A stretch of 23,953 nt of DNA from contig CDMY01000755.1 in assembly GCA_001179505.1 (NCBI GenBank), forward strand, positions 1 through 23,953, in the 5' to 3' direction. The position numbers and the translations under genes were made by a program. The notes under the pieces are model-generated. The model was not told the DNA's origin. It saw nothing but the letters and a program-made list of their open reading frames with translations, and ran no database searches. The stretch is from Vitrella brassicaformis CCMP3155. Taxonomy: Eukaryota > Protista > Chromerida. Below, one piece after another: positions 9,001-20,400 of the stretch (its first letter is position 1; every line of letters begins with the position of its first letter).

Positions 9001-12000
9001 TCTCTCTGTGCGTCTGTCTGTGCGTGTCTCCCTGATGGAATGGATGTGATGCCCCCACTCACTCACTCACCTGCACAATGCACTCGCCACACTGCTTGCG
9101 CACTTGCTCGATGGTCTCGGTGTAGGCGGTGGCCTTCTGCTGCTGCGCCGCCTCCACGCTCGCAGGAATCGCCGCCGTCCCGCTGCCCAGCAACGGTGCA
9201 CTCACCAGCCCCATCGACGAGGCCGCCTCGACCAGACGGCCGGCAGTCGACTGCCCGTTGCTCATCACGGCCAAGGGCGAGCGGGACGGCGATCCGCCCT
9301 GCGTGTTGGGGTTGTGGGCGGGGGATGGGTCGGCCTTGCTCGTGAGGGCGCCCTTGAGCGACGCCACGAGCTCCCCCACACCCTGGCCGCTCTCGCCTGC
9401 GATCGACTCGATGCGTGGTGCGGGTGCAGGGGGGGTTGACGACCCACCCCTGGGCGAGCTGGCGGTGCTCTCTGTGAGCTTGTGGGGCAGGTCGACCGTG
9501 CTGAGGGTGCCGTCCTTCTCGGCCGTGTCGATGAGTGTGAGTGCGGATCGGGTGGCGCGTTCGGCCTTGTCGAGCCGGCGCTGGAGGGAGGTGATGGTGT
9601 CCTCGTATCGCTTGCGGAGCCCCTGGAACTCACTAGAACTCTCAACAATGATTTGGCTGCAGCCATGACACACATGACACATGCATCCATCCATCCATCT
9701 GCCTCGGGGTGTGCCTGTTCTCGTCTCTTGTCTCCCTCCCTCACCGAAGAGCCATGTTCTCGCCCCTCATCTGCGCGAAGGCCCGGCCGTCAGCCACCTT
9801 CCTCCTGGCCTCCTCCTCTCTCTCCCGCTCCCCCTCCCCCTCCCCCTCCCCATCCACTCCGGCGCCCCCGTCGGTCTGCACCGCCATGTTGTATCCCTCC
9901 CCACACCCCTCCGTCTGCATGGACGTCTCGCGACGCCGCAAAATCATGTCGGTTGTCTCAGACCGCCCCGCGCGGGAGTTGCGAATGTACATTTCCAGCT
10001 CGCGGATGCGCTCGCGGGAGTCCATGAGCTCCTGCAGGATGTTGGGCTGTGGCTGGATCTGCTCTGCCTCGGGCGGCGGGGGCGGAGGGGGCGGGGGCGG
10101 GATGAACCCGTCGAGAGTGAGTTGGGGGTTGGAGTGGGGCGTGGCTGCCGGGGAGGTGTCTGGGAGGGAGGGAGGGTTGGCGGGCGGGATGGTCGCCCCC
10201 ACGGCGGCGGCCTGGTTCTGGAGCCGCTGGAAAAGGGCGTTGCACTTGGTCTGCAACTCGGTCTTCTCGCGCTTCACCTGGACCATCGAGACACACACAC
10301 ACACACATCCGGAGAGGGTGGCTCTCGTCTGTCTGTCTGTGTATGAGATATATCTCTCTTTCACACACGCACCTTATCGAGCTGCTTCTCGTACTGCAGT
10401 TTGTTCTGCTTGTGTTTGACGCTCCAGTCCTGCTGTGCGTCGGCGTACTTGACGGCATTGATGTGCAGCTGCTCCTCGAGCGCCTGGATGCGCATGACCA
10501 TCTCGCTGTGGCTCATCGGACCCGCCATGGGCCCACCCACGGTGGTCCCATACCACCCGGTGGCCACACCCACGGGATTCTCCTCATACGTCATGGCGGC
10601 CTGCTGCAGCACGTCAAGGGCCGACCCGGGGGGATTGGGGTGGCCGGGCCCAGGCCCCACCCACCCAGGCCCCTCGCCACCAGGCACACCCGTCCCGTCA
10701 GGAGTGCCGTTGATGAGCGGCGGCATCGACTGGTATGGAAAAATCGCGCTGGGCTGCGGCACGTGTGTGTGGGGGGGCGGGGGGGCCGGGCCGTCGTGTG
10801 TGTGGTTGAGGAACGGCGCGCCACCATCCGTCCCGCCAGAGGGGAAGATGGGGGGCGGCTCCGGCGGCTTCATGGACGACATCGACATTGACGACGGCAC
10901 GAACGGGGCTGCCAGGGACGAGAAAGCCCGCTGCCCGCCCTTCAGCTGGTCCCCGCCCGCCGCGTCAGGTGTGGTGCTGCCGTCGAACATCTCAATGGGC
11001 TGCGAGTCGGCCCGAACGAAGCTGGGGTCGGTGGCCGGACCGAAAGGCATCTGTGCCGGCACAGGAGGCGACGAGCGATTCGAGGGTGAGGATGTCCCGC
11101 CGGCGGCCGACGAGGGTCCGGCCGAGAGGGGTGCCATGGTGTCGTCCATCATCCTGGGTGTGTCCCCCTCGCCCGCAGGACCCGCCATGAGGTTGGCCTC
11201 GTCGGCCGTCTTGGGGCCAATGAAGGGCGGGCCGAGAGCGATGACCTCGGAGCGCTTGCTGGCGAACAGCTGGGGGAACTTCTGCTCCAGGATGGAGGGG
11301 CCATCCCGCTCCCCGCCTCCGCCGGCCTCCTCATCTGTGGTGGTGATGGTGGGCGGCTTCTCGTCAGCCGCGTGGTGAGTGTCCCAGACGCTGTCCTTCC
11401 TCCAGAAGCGCTGCTTGTCCACCTCGCTGCGCTTGGTCATCCGCAGGGTCTGCTCAGCGATGTCCTCCATCGTCAGCAGCGGATCCTCCTTGGTGGCGTT
11501 CTGCGAGTGCTCAAACGCATCCATGCCCATGCCCGCATCGCCCTCGTCGTCACGGTGGTCGTCGTTGGTCTCCTGCTCCGTGTTCGTGTTGATGTGTGGA
11601 GGGTGCGATGGGGGTGGGGGCGGGGGGCCGGGCGGGGGAGGTGGCTGGGCGTGGGGGTAGGTGTGGGTGTGCGTGGGAGTGGTAGTGCCGTTGAGCATGC
11701 CCTGCGGCACAAAAGGGGCCACGTCGGGGTTGAACTTGTTGTTGTGTGACGGCGGAGGGGGGGGAGGGTCCGGGTGGGTGTTGGGTGCGATGGTCTGCGG
11801 CAGCCATCCGTCCCCCTGGCCGCTGCCACTGCCAACGCCCCACCGCCATCCCTCGGTCGACGAATGTGCGTCGTCGGAATCGGTGTCCTGCGCGTAGGTA
11901 CGAGGGGACGGTTAGAGAGAAGGCTCGCAGGTCTGTCAGTCAGCTGTTTGTCGCTCACTCACCGGTTTGGTTGATTTGTTTGCGCTAGGGGTGTCGGCGT

Positions 12001-12532
12001 CTTGTCTGCCGATGGTGTTGGTGCCGTTGAACCAGTCGCCCATGGGACGCCACCCCTCAGACACCTGACCCGCCTTGCCATCCACCTCAACAGAACCCTA
12101 CACACGACACACACCACACAGGGTGAATGGAATGACCCACCCAACGCAACACAACTCAACACAAGACAGCACACCACCACCCATCACACACACCTGTCTC
12201 TTCGGCCCGATGGGTAGCAGCCCGGCACCACCCCCACCGCCACCGCCACCACCGTCACCAGGCGACGACGGCAGCCCGGTCTCCGCATCCTTGCTGCCCA
12301 GCCATTCGTCGCCGTCGTTGTCGGTGTCCTCGAGGAGGGTCTGCATGTAGTGCGACATGTTGAACGACCCCTGATCCTCCTTCTGAGATGGCGACAGCGA
12401 TGGCGACGGCGGGCTGTTGGCCGCGTCGGGGTCGGTAGGGGGAGGCACGCTCGAGAAAAAACTGCCGCTGCCCGTGAAGGCCGCCAGCAGGTCCGTCACG
12501 CGGCGGTTGGGATCCTGCTGATCCTCCATCAT
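6004..12532 (-). CDS. Large (~1893 aa) low-complexity/coiled-coil protein with three PAM2-like (PABP-interacting) motifs; 10 exons
   Basis: Exons 12532-12194, 12097-11963, 11887-10373, 10277-9745, 9656-9071, 8929-8412, 8297-7735, 7650-7574, 7487-7411, 7342-6004. All introns are GT-AG with consistent phases (0,0,0,2,0,2,1,0,2). Total 5682 nt = 1894 codons including the stop. Coiled-coil segments run across junctions (YEKQLDK|VKREKTELQ; ENMALR|QIIVESS). The start and stop exons are less certain: an upstream acceptor is possible near 12555-12566, and a donor is possible at the terminal AA|GTGAGG. Confidence 0.8.
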
Positions 12533-14261
12533 CCTTCAGAGACCAGAGACAGACCTAACACACACCTGCACAGACACCACACACGCATGCGTATCGACAC
12601 ATGGGGGAGGGAGGCACGGATGTGACTCCAGCCTGTCTGTGTGATCTGTGCGGGTGTCAACTGACCCTCCAGGCGTCCCTGGTCCCCTCCTTGCGACGAG
12701 CGTCGCAATACGCTCCGACAAGAGGCTGGCGAGAGGTGGACGAGCGGCAACAGCTGTATCTTGCACACCAGCCCCCCCTCGGTCACATGCCAGCCTCCCC
12801 AGCTCCCTTCAGGCCTCCGAGGCGCCTCTCACTCCACCAGGCAGCGTCACTCGAGGCCGACGATCTCTATGTCTCACGCACACGAGGGACGGTCAAGTAT
12901 CAGTATCAACAGGGTAGGACAACGGACGGAGCGTCACACAGGGAGGGAGGGGAGGTCCCTGAGGGTGCTCGCTGACCCCTCCAGGCAACCACACGCGCCA
13001 ACTGTCGGTCGGTCTCACTCAGGCGGCTATAGACAACAAGGCGGGGGGCGCGATCAACGACCTTCACATGACTCACAGAAAACTGGCAGGGAGCAACGCA
13101 CAGGGGCAGCACAGCCACTGATCCAGCTCGCACGATCGCTTTCCCCTGCCGGCTTCCGCCGTCATTCGAGGCCTTCTGAGGGCTGTATGGCGCACAGGAG
13201 GGTCAACATTACGCAACCAAAGTGTGGGATCTCATGCATGCCGCGACAACGACGTTCCAGGATGGCATGGAGGATTCACTGCTAACTTGGGAGGCTCCGG
13301 CGGCTTCTGAGCAGCTGATCTGAAGATGGTGAGCACGGAGGTGACGGTCCATTCCCTCTCATGTGTCCTGCTGAATTCTTTGCAGAATGTGGCAGGCGTG
13401 CCCTCGACTGACTGACTGGCGTGAAGACTCGTCTGCGATGTGGTCAGCCGGACGCGGCGGGTCATGCCTCTCTGTCTGTCTGTCTGTGTGTGTGTGTCCA
13501 TTCTGTTGTCCTTAGCTGAGCGGTTCATGGGTGGCTGGCTGGGGAAGGTTTCTCGTGGATTGGTTGACGGCATGTGGGTGCATCGCACCGATCGGCCCTT
13601 TGATTCATTTCATCGTTAGTTCGGTCTCGGTGGTCGGCAGTGAGGTGAGAGGCGACTGGCTGTTCTCCTGCATCTCTGTCTGTCTGTCTGTCTGTCTGCT
13701 CTCGCTGCGTTCGTCAAGCCAGCGTGCCGGTCGGTACGCATCAATTGTCTGCCTCTCGTCACTCACTCAGTCTTTCACTAGCTGGAAAACACCCAAACAG
13801 CCTGGCTTGGCTTGGGAGGGCAGCGAAAAAGGTGTATGTATGTGGATATGGATGTAAGAGCAACTCGAATGCAGCCAGCCAGCCATCCATGCAAGGGAAG
13901 GGAAGGGAAGGGAAGGAGAAAGGGAAAGAGAGGGGGTGGGGTGGGGTACGAGAACCTACAGATGCATCAAATCCACATCGATCAGAGCAGCCCAGAGCAG
14001 CCCAGAGCATAGGTAGTATCTGATCAGATCAGCCGCTTGCAAGGAATCGCCGTCAGCTGACGGCATCCATCCATCCGTTCACGGAATGGAGCCAAACAAA
14101 CAAACAAAAGGCAGGCCTTACTCACTTAAGTACTAGATGGAAAATATCTATAGACACACAGACAGACGGAATTACTCGCTAGAAACTGGTCGGTGGGTAT
14201 TGTGTGGTCAGGTGGGTGGGTGGGTATGTGTGCCGTGCTGTGGGGTGGGCTCGGTCGGTCA

Positions 14262-17185
14262 TCAGAGTTCCCAGCCCTTCTTGTGGCCCTTTTCGGTTGG
14301 CACGTAGACGGGCACCACCTCGGTCATCTTGCACTCGTCCTTGTGCATCTCGTAACCCTGATAGACAGACAGACACAACAGACAGATATATATATAGAGA
14401 GAGGGAGGGAGGGACAGGCAGCATAGCATGAGCTGTCTGTCTGTAGGTGTGTGTGTTGTGTGGTTGCCTTGCCTTGGGGCAGTGGTAGTCAGGCGGCACG
14501 TAGTTGGTCTGGACACACTTGGCCCCCTTCAGATGGTACCCTGATCGGCCGATCGATGCATCCATTGGGTGGACACACACGCCCCTCTCTCTCTCTCTGT
14601 CTGTCTGTCTTTTTCCCATTGGCTGGCTGACTGACTGACCCTTGGGGCATGCGACGGTTGGTGGAACGGTGTCGTACGAGACGCATGTGTGGTCCTTGAC
14701 GTAGTAGGTGTAGCCGTGGTGCGGACACTTGTACTTGACGTCCATCTCACCGTGCTTGTAGCACCCCTTGTCACCCTCCTCATATCCTATACACACACGC
14801 ACACACGCAGAGAGAGAGCGAGTGTGTGTGTGTGTGTGTCTGATGTGTGTTGCTGGGAGTGGCTAAGGGTCACTCACCCTTTGGGCAGTGGTAGTCGGGT
14901 GGAAGGTAGTCGTATGTGTAGCAGAGGTGGCCCATTATGCCCTTCTCCAACTCGCCCTTGTCGCACACGTAATCGGGGTACTCGTACACCGGCTGAATGA
15001 ATGAACGAGCGGATGCAGACACACACATACAGATATGTGCGAGAGGGCCGCTGTGGGTGTGGGTGTGCGTGTGTGGATGTGGCAGAGTTACCTTGACGCA
15101 CTCCTTCCCGTTGTCCTTGTAGCTTTCCGGGCAGTAGTAGCGCATCTTCTTGTGCACGGTCATCTGCACTCACACACAGATGGTGTATGGCATGGCATGG
15201 CTCCCTGTGTGTGTGGGGCGGGTGTGACGTACGTGGCACTCCTTTCCGTCGAGCTCGTAGCCGTGCTTGGGGCACTTGATGTCGGCGGGGTAAGACTCGT
15301 GCTTGATGCACGTCAACAGGTGCTTGTGGCCCACCTCCTCATAACCTACACACACACACACACACACACAAACATGTCGACGGACACGCACACACGAGAG
15401 ACATGTCCCCCTGCCTATCTGGCCCCCGCCCCCCTCCCCCAAGCACCCACACCCCACAGAAACGCACTCACCTTTGGGGCAACTGTACTCGTACTCGACC
15501 TTTGGGGCAGACAGAGACACACGAAGACACAGAGAGACAGAGAAGTATGCACACCACACACACCCGGAGGTGGCCAATCCAATGGATGTACCGGGACTTT
15601 CTTGAGGCACCCCTCTCCCTTGGTCCCTGTCTTGCTGTCGATGTTCTTGTAGTACCCCGGCGGACAGACGTAGGTGGGGTCCTCGTAGCTGCACTCCCCG
15701 CCCTTGGTGAAGAACTCGCCGCCATGGCCCTTGTGGTCGCACACCGTGCACAGCCCCGTCTTCTCGTCGTATTCCATGTGCTTGGGGCACCGCAGCTCCT
15801 TCTCGGCGTGGTCGTAGTCATAGCACTTGCCGTACTCCTCTATCGCTGCGAACAACAAAAGGGAGAGGGGGAATGCAGGCAGACAGCATAGGAGGGAGGG
15901 AGGGAGGGAGTGTGTCGCAGCATGAAGGACAGATTGGGGGGAGGGGGGCGTACCCTACCGGGGCACTCTTTGTGTGGCGGAGCGGTTGTTTTCTTGATGC
16001 AGTGTTCCTTCTCGAGATGACCGCCATGCGGGCACCAGTAGATGGCGTGGATGGTGTCATGGTACACGCAGTCGTCCTTGTCGCCTGGCTCGTACCCTGC
16101 ACACACACAAATGGAACATGAGACATCTGTCTGTCTGTCTGTCTGTCTGTCGTCTGTCTGGCCGTCTGTGTGTCTGTGCGTGTGCGTTGTGCCTTTGGGG
16201 CAGGAGTATTCGTAGTCGGCGTAGTGATACTGCACGCACTTGCCCTTCTCATACTCATACCCCCTACACACATGACATGAGCGCATGGTCAGTGCCAGTC
16301 CGCCTTCGTGCGTGGCTCTCACTTGGGGCAGACGTGCGTCGGGGGGTATGTCTCGGTGTGCACACAGCTCTGCAGAAGGAGAGAGAGAGAGAGAGAGAGA
16401 GACAGAAGGAGAGATAATATATGGGATGGATGTCTCTCCGCCCTTACGTCCTTTCCCTTGGGCGTGTAGTGCTGCACACACACACATTCCAGAATAGAGC
16501 GCGCTCAGGAATTCCTCATTCACCCACCCCAGCGCGCAGCGCACTCTCTGAGACAGCTCACTTACGTCAGGGCATACGGGGATCGGTTCCGAGTGGTAGG
16601 TCTTGGTGCACGTCCAGTCCTTCTTGTCGCCGCCCACCATCTCGTAGCCAGGGAGGCAGTAGGGCTCGGGATCTTGGTAATCGGGACCTAATACACACAC
16701 ACATACACAAGATGAGCGGGGCCTTTCTCCCTGACAATGTGTGTGCGAGGGGCGGGGTTTGGTGAGATCACTTACTGACACAGGTGAGCCCCTTCATCTC
16801 ATAGCCCTTGGGGCAGATGTACTCCGGCTTGTGGTATTCGGTGACAGAGCACGTGAGCTCCTTGCCCTCGTACTCGGGGTACGAGCCAGGCGGACATTGA
16901 GGCTGTCACAAAGACACCAAACTCATCAGAGAGAAGAGGGACGGCCACCCACTCACTCACCTTGACCGGGACGATGTGGTACTTGACGCAGTCCTTTCCC
17001 TCCATGTGGTATCCTTTGGGGCAGAAGGGCTCCGGCGGCTCGTGCTTGTCCTTGTCGTGGTGCTTGTCATAATGCTCATGTTCCCCCTCGTGAATGACAC
17101 CGCCGATGATCTTGGCGCCGAGGTCATCCTGACACGCCACCCTCGACACGAGCAATGCGACAGAAAGAACTGCGAGTCGCATCAT
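14262..17185 (-). CDS. Secreted cysteine-repeat protein, oocyst/cyst wall protein (COWP/OWP)-like, ~548 aa; 15 exons
   Basis: Exons 17185-16961, 16902-16776, 16687-16566, 16471-16448, 16369-16323, 16263-16193, 16096-15959, 15845-15592, 15499-15472, 15345-15233, 15163-15092, 14992-14878, 14786-14640, 14540-14473, 14357-14262. Total 1647 nt with consistent phases. Signal-peptide-like N-terminus MMRLAVLSVALLVSRVACQ, a His-rich stretch, then many CPKGY-x(4-8)-C-x(~11) units rich in Y/H/K/E. This is the Cys spacing typical of apicomplexan oocyst wall proteins. Confidence 0.85.
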
Positions 17186-17494
17186 GGGCTTGTGGGGGGG
17201 CTTCGTTGACAGACCAGCAGCGATACAGAGAGAGATGGGTGGCCTTCTCACAGATCTTCCAGCCTTTGGCCCCGGATCGCTGGGGCTGGAAATTGGGGCC
17301 AGAGCGAGAAAGGGTTTTGTGCAGCGGGAACAGGTATGCAGGACGCCCTCGAAATGCACTCATGCATTGGCTTCGCATGCCTTGTCCCTCTTCAGTGACA
17401 GCCTCGTGGATATAGCCTCCGATATTAGCCTCTTGGGGGCGGCCCTTCCTTGTCGGCGCTGAGCCTTTAGAAAGGCCGAGCGGTGTGTGTCAGG
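17186..17494. promoter_or_regulatory. Short divergent intergenic region (309 bp), probable bidirectional promoter, with a possible plus-strand 5'-UTR intron at 17334-17493
   Basis: The start codons of the OWP-like gene (17185, -) and the permease (17495, +) face away from each other. CAG|GTATGC at 17334 and GTGTGTGTCAG|GATG at 17493 look like a donor and an acceptor. Confidence 0.45.
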
Positions 17495-20400
17495 ATGGCG
17501 TCCGACAAGCTGGCGAACAGCTATGAGTGGATGATGGACTACCCGGGGGTGCAGACGATGTTCTACCTCATGCCCATCGTCTTCCTCCTTGTTGTGACGC
17601 TCAAGCCCAAAGGCATGGCCAGCTACACGGTGAGTGAGGTCTCAGTGGTGGTCAAGGGTGGTCAACATGCAGCAAAGAGAGAGCAAGCAATGAACTCTCT
17701 GGACCATAGATATCAATTGGGGTGTGTGTGTGTGTGGGTGTGGCTGGGTGCAGTCTCTGCCTTTATCTGCGCTGATGTTGTATCTGATTCGGCTGGTGCT
17801 GATGCGGGGGGTCGACTACGACAGCCCTAACATACTCAACGCTGCCGTCGTGTAAGCCCCCCGCACTCACTCTCTTTCTCACTGCGTGTGTGCCCACTTC
17901 TGTGGACTGCTGGCTGATGTATAGGAAGGGCCTGTTGGAGCCCATGACGCCCGTGTCTATCATCTTCGGCGCCATGATGCTCTTCAGGCAAGGAATGAAG
18001 GAAAGAACCAGCCAAGAGGACATTCACTATCTACGCATCCGTCCTCGTGCGTCGGCGTGTCGGTGTCTGTGGCTGCAGGACCATGTCCGAGACGCGATGC
18101 ATGTAAGCAAGCGTGAGAGAGGGTGCATGCTGCCGTGTCAGATGCACACGTGGGCGTGCACCTGCGACAGGACCTGGATGGTGAGGATGCTCAAGTCCCT
18201 CTCCGAGCAGCATCCCATTGCTGAAGTAACCGACCAGCAAACCAAACCGAGGCCCATGCATCGTATCGCAAGCCACCACTCTCTCTAACATCTGACTCAG
18301 GTGATGCTCATCGGCTGGGCGTTCGGCTACGTCGTCGAAGGCGCCTCCGGGTATGGTGTCCATCCACACCCACACGCACGCACGACTGTCCATCCATCCA
18401 TCCATCCACGAGCAATGAGCATCCACCATCTTGTGCAGGTTCGGCACGCCCACGGCCTTGGCGGCCCCCATCTTGGCGGAGCTGGGGCACGACCCGGTCA
18501 AGTCCATCGTCTGCTGCCTCATTATGAACGGTCCGTCAGTCGCGGACATATTCACGCGCACACGAGTGATTGTATATGCGTGTGGGAACAAATTGCGCAG
18601 GTGTGCCGAATGTGTTTGGCGCGGTGGGTACGCCCGTGTGGTTCGGCTTCAGCACCGTCACGGGCATCGACCCTGGTAGGCCATACTATGGATGGATGGA
18701 TGGGCGGTCGGCCAATGTGCGTGTGTGCGTGTTGCCGTATGTATCCCCCATATGCGCAGAGCTAAACCCAGACCAAGACGAAGATGTGTTGCCCGTGGTA
18801 GCACGCAAGACGCAGACGCTGGTGATGCTGTGCTCTGTCGTGGTGCCCTTCATCGCCTGCTCAGTCCTAGTACACACACACACACAGACGGACTGACGGA
18901 CTGACGGACACACACATAGAGACACGAGCACCGCATGCCGACACAAACTCTCATCATGTGGTTGGGTTGAGTGCAGGTGCCGAGGGCCGTGTGCATCAAG
19001 AATCTCGGCTTCATCGTCGCGTCTTCCCTCGCCTGTACTGTCACATCCTACTGTACGTTCGCTACCCACCACACCGTAGGTCTGTCTGTCTGCCGGCCTG
19101 GATGAATGTGGGTGTGTGTGGGGGGGTGTGTGGGCGTGCAGGCTTCGCGTGGGGCCCTGCGCCGCTGTTCGAGTTCGGGTCTCTTGTGGGCGGCATCGTC
19201 GGTGCGCAAAGGCTGGACACACAACACAGGCGGGAAGTGGTGGAGCCATCCGTGTGTGTGTGTGTGTGTAGGGTTCTGCATAACGGTGGCGCTGATATAC
19301 TTCCGGATTGGGCTGTTCGCTTACCGCCACGGAGACGCCGTCAAGGACCCCGAACAAGGACTCGCGCGTATCCGTACATCGCCTGCACACACACACACAT
19401 ACAGGGGGGAGGGGGATGTGTGTGTGTCTGTCCAGCTGGTTTGCTCGCTGCCTGCAGCGGAAATGGTGCCAACAGAGCCCCAGGGGGACCAAAAGGAGGC
19501 CGTCAAGTTCGGTGAGCACCACCACCCGCCACCCTGCCCTGTCTACACACACACATACTCTGCCTCTCTCTCTCTCTCTCTCTCGCCCTCTCTGTGTGCT
19601 TGCGCGAGAACAGAGGACGTTGAGGCGGCCAAGCCGCCCAAGGAGATCCAGCAGATTGAGGAGGGCGTCCATGAGATGAGCCCAATGGACGCGAACGTCG
19701 ACCAGGCCGACGGACAGCAGCAGCCGGAGTGAGCACACACCAACCCCCCNNNNNNNNNNNNNNNNNNNNNNNNNNNNNNNNNNNNNNNNNNNNNNNNNNN
19801 NNNNNNNNNNNNNNNNNNNNNNNNNNNNNNNNNNNNNNNNNNNNNNNNNNNNNNNNNNNNNNNNNNNNNNNNNNNNNNNNNNNNNNNNNNNNNNNNNNNN
19901 NNNNNNNNNNNNNNNNNNNNNNNNNNNNNNNNNNNNNNNNNNNNNNNNNNNNNNNNNNNNNNNNNNNNNNNNNNNNNNNNNNNNNNNNNNNNNNNNNNNN
20001 NNNNNNNNNNNNNNNNNNNNNNNNNNNNNNNNNNNNNNNNNNNNNNNNNCCCCACCCCCCCCCACCCACGCACACATACCTCCACATGCGAGAGTGTGTG
20101 TGTGCAGGGAGGAGGAGGAGGAGATCATCATCCGCGACGCTCCCTACCGCCGCTACTCGCAGGGGGAGACCATCCTCTTCCACCGGTCAGTCAGCCATCC
20201 ATCCATCCACCTGTTCCTTTTTGGTGTGTGGTGTGGTGGTGCAGTGACGCCTGGACGCAGGCTGGCCACGCGTTGGACCGCGCCAGCATGCCGCAGCTGT
20301 TCGACCAGGAGGAGGCCATGAAGTTCATCCAGACAGGAATGAGCGAGGAGGTCAGTCAGTCAGTCAGTGAGTGAGAACAATCCGCCCTCACCCCCAAAGT

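Noticed and set aside
7508-11378. Long plus-strand ORFs (7508-8785, 8001-8933, 10401-11378 etc.)
   Set aside because: Antisense to the spliced minus-strand gene. High GC suppresses stop codons.
12533-14261. Short ORFs between the PAM2-protein gene and the OWP-like gene
   Set aside because: No recognisable domains or phase-consistent exon chain. Probably promoter/UTR sequence, although upstream exons of the large gene cannot be excluded.
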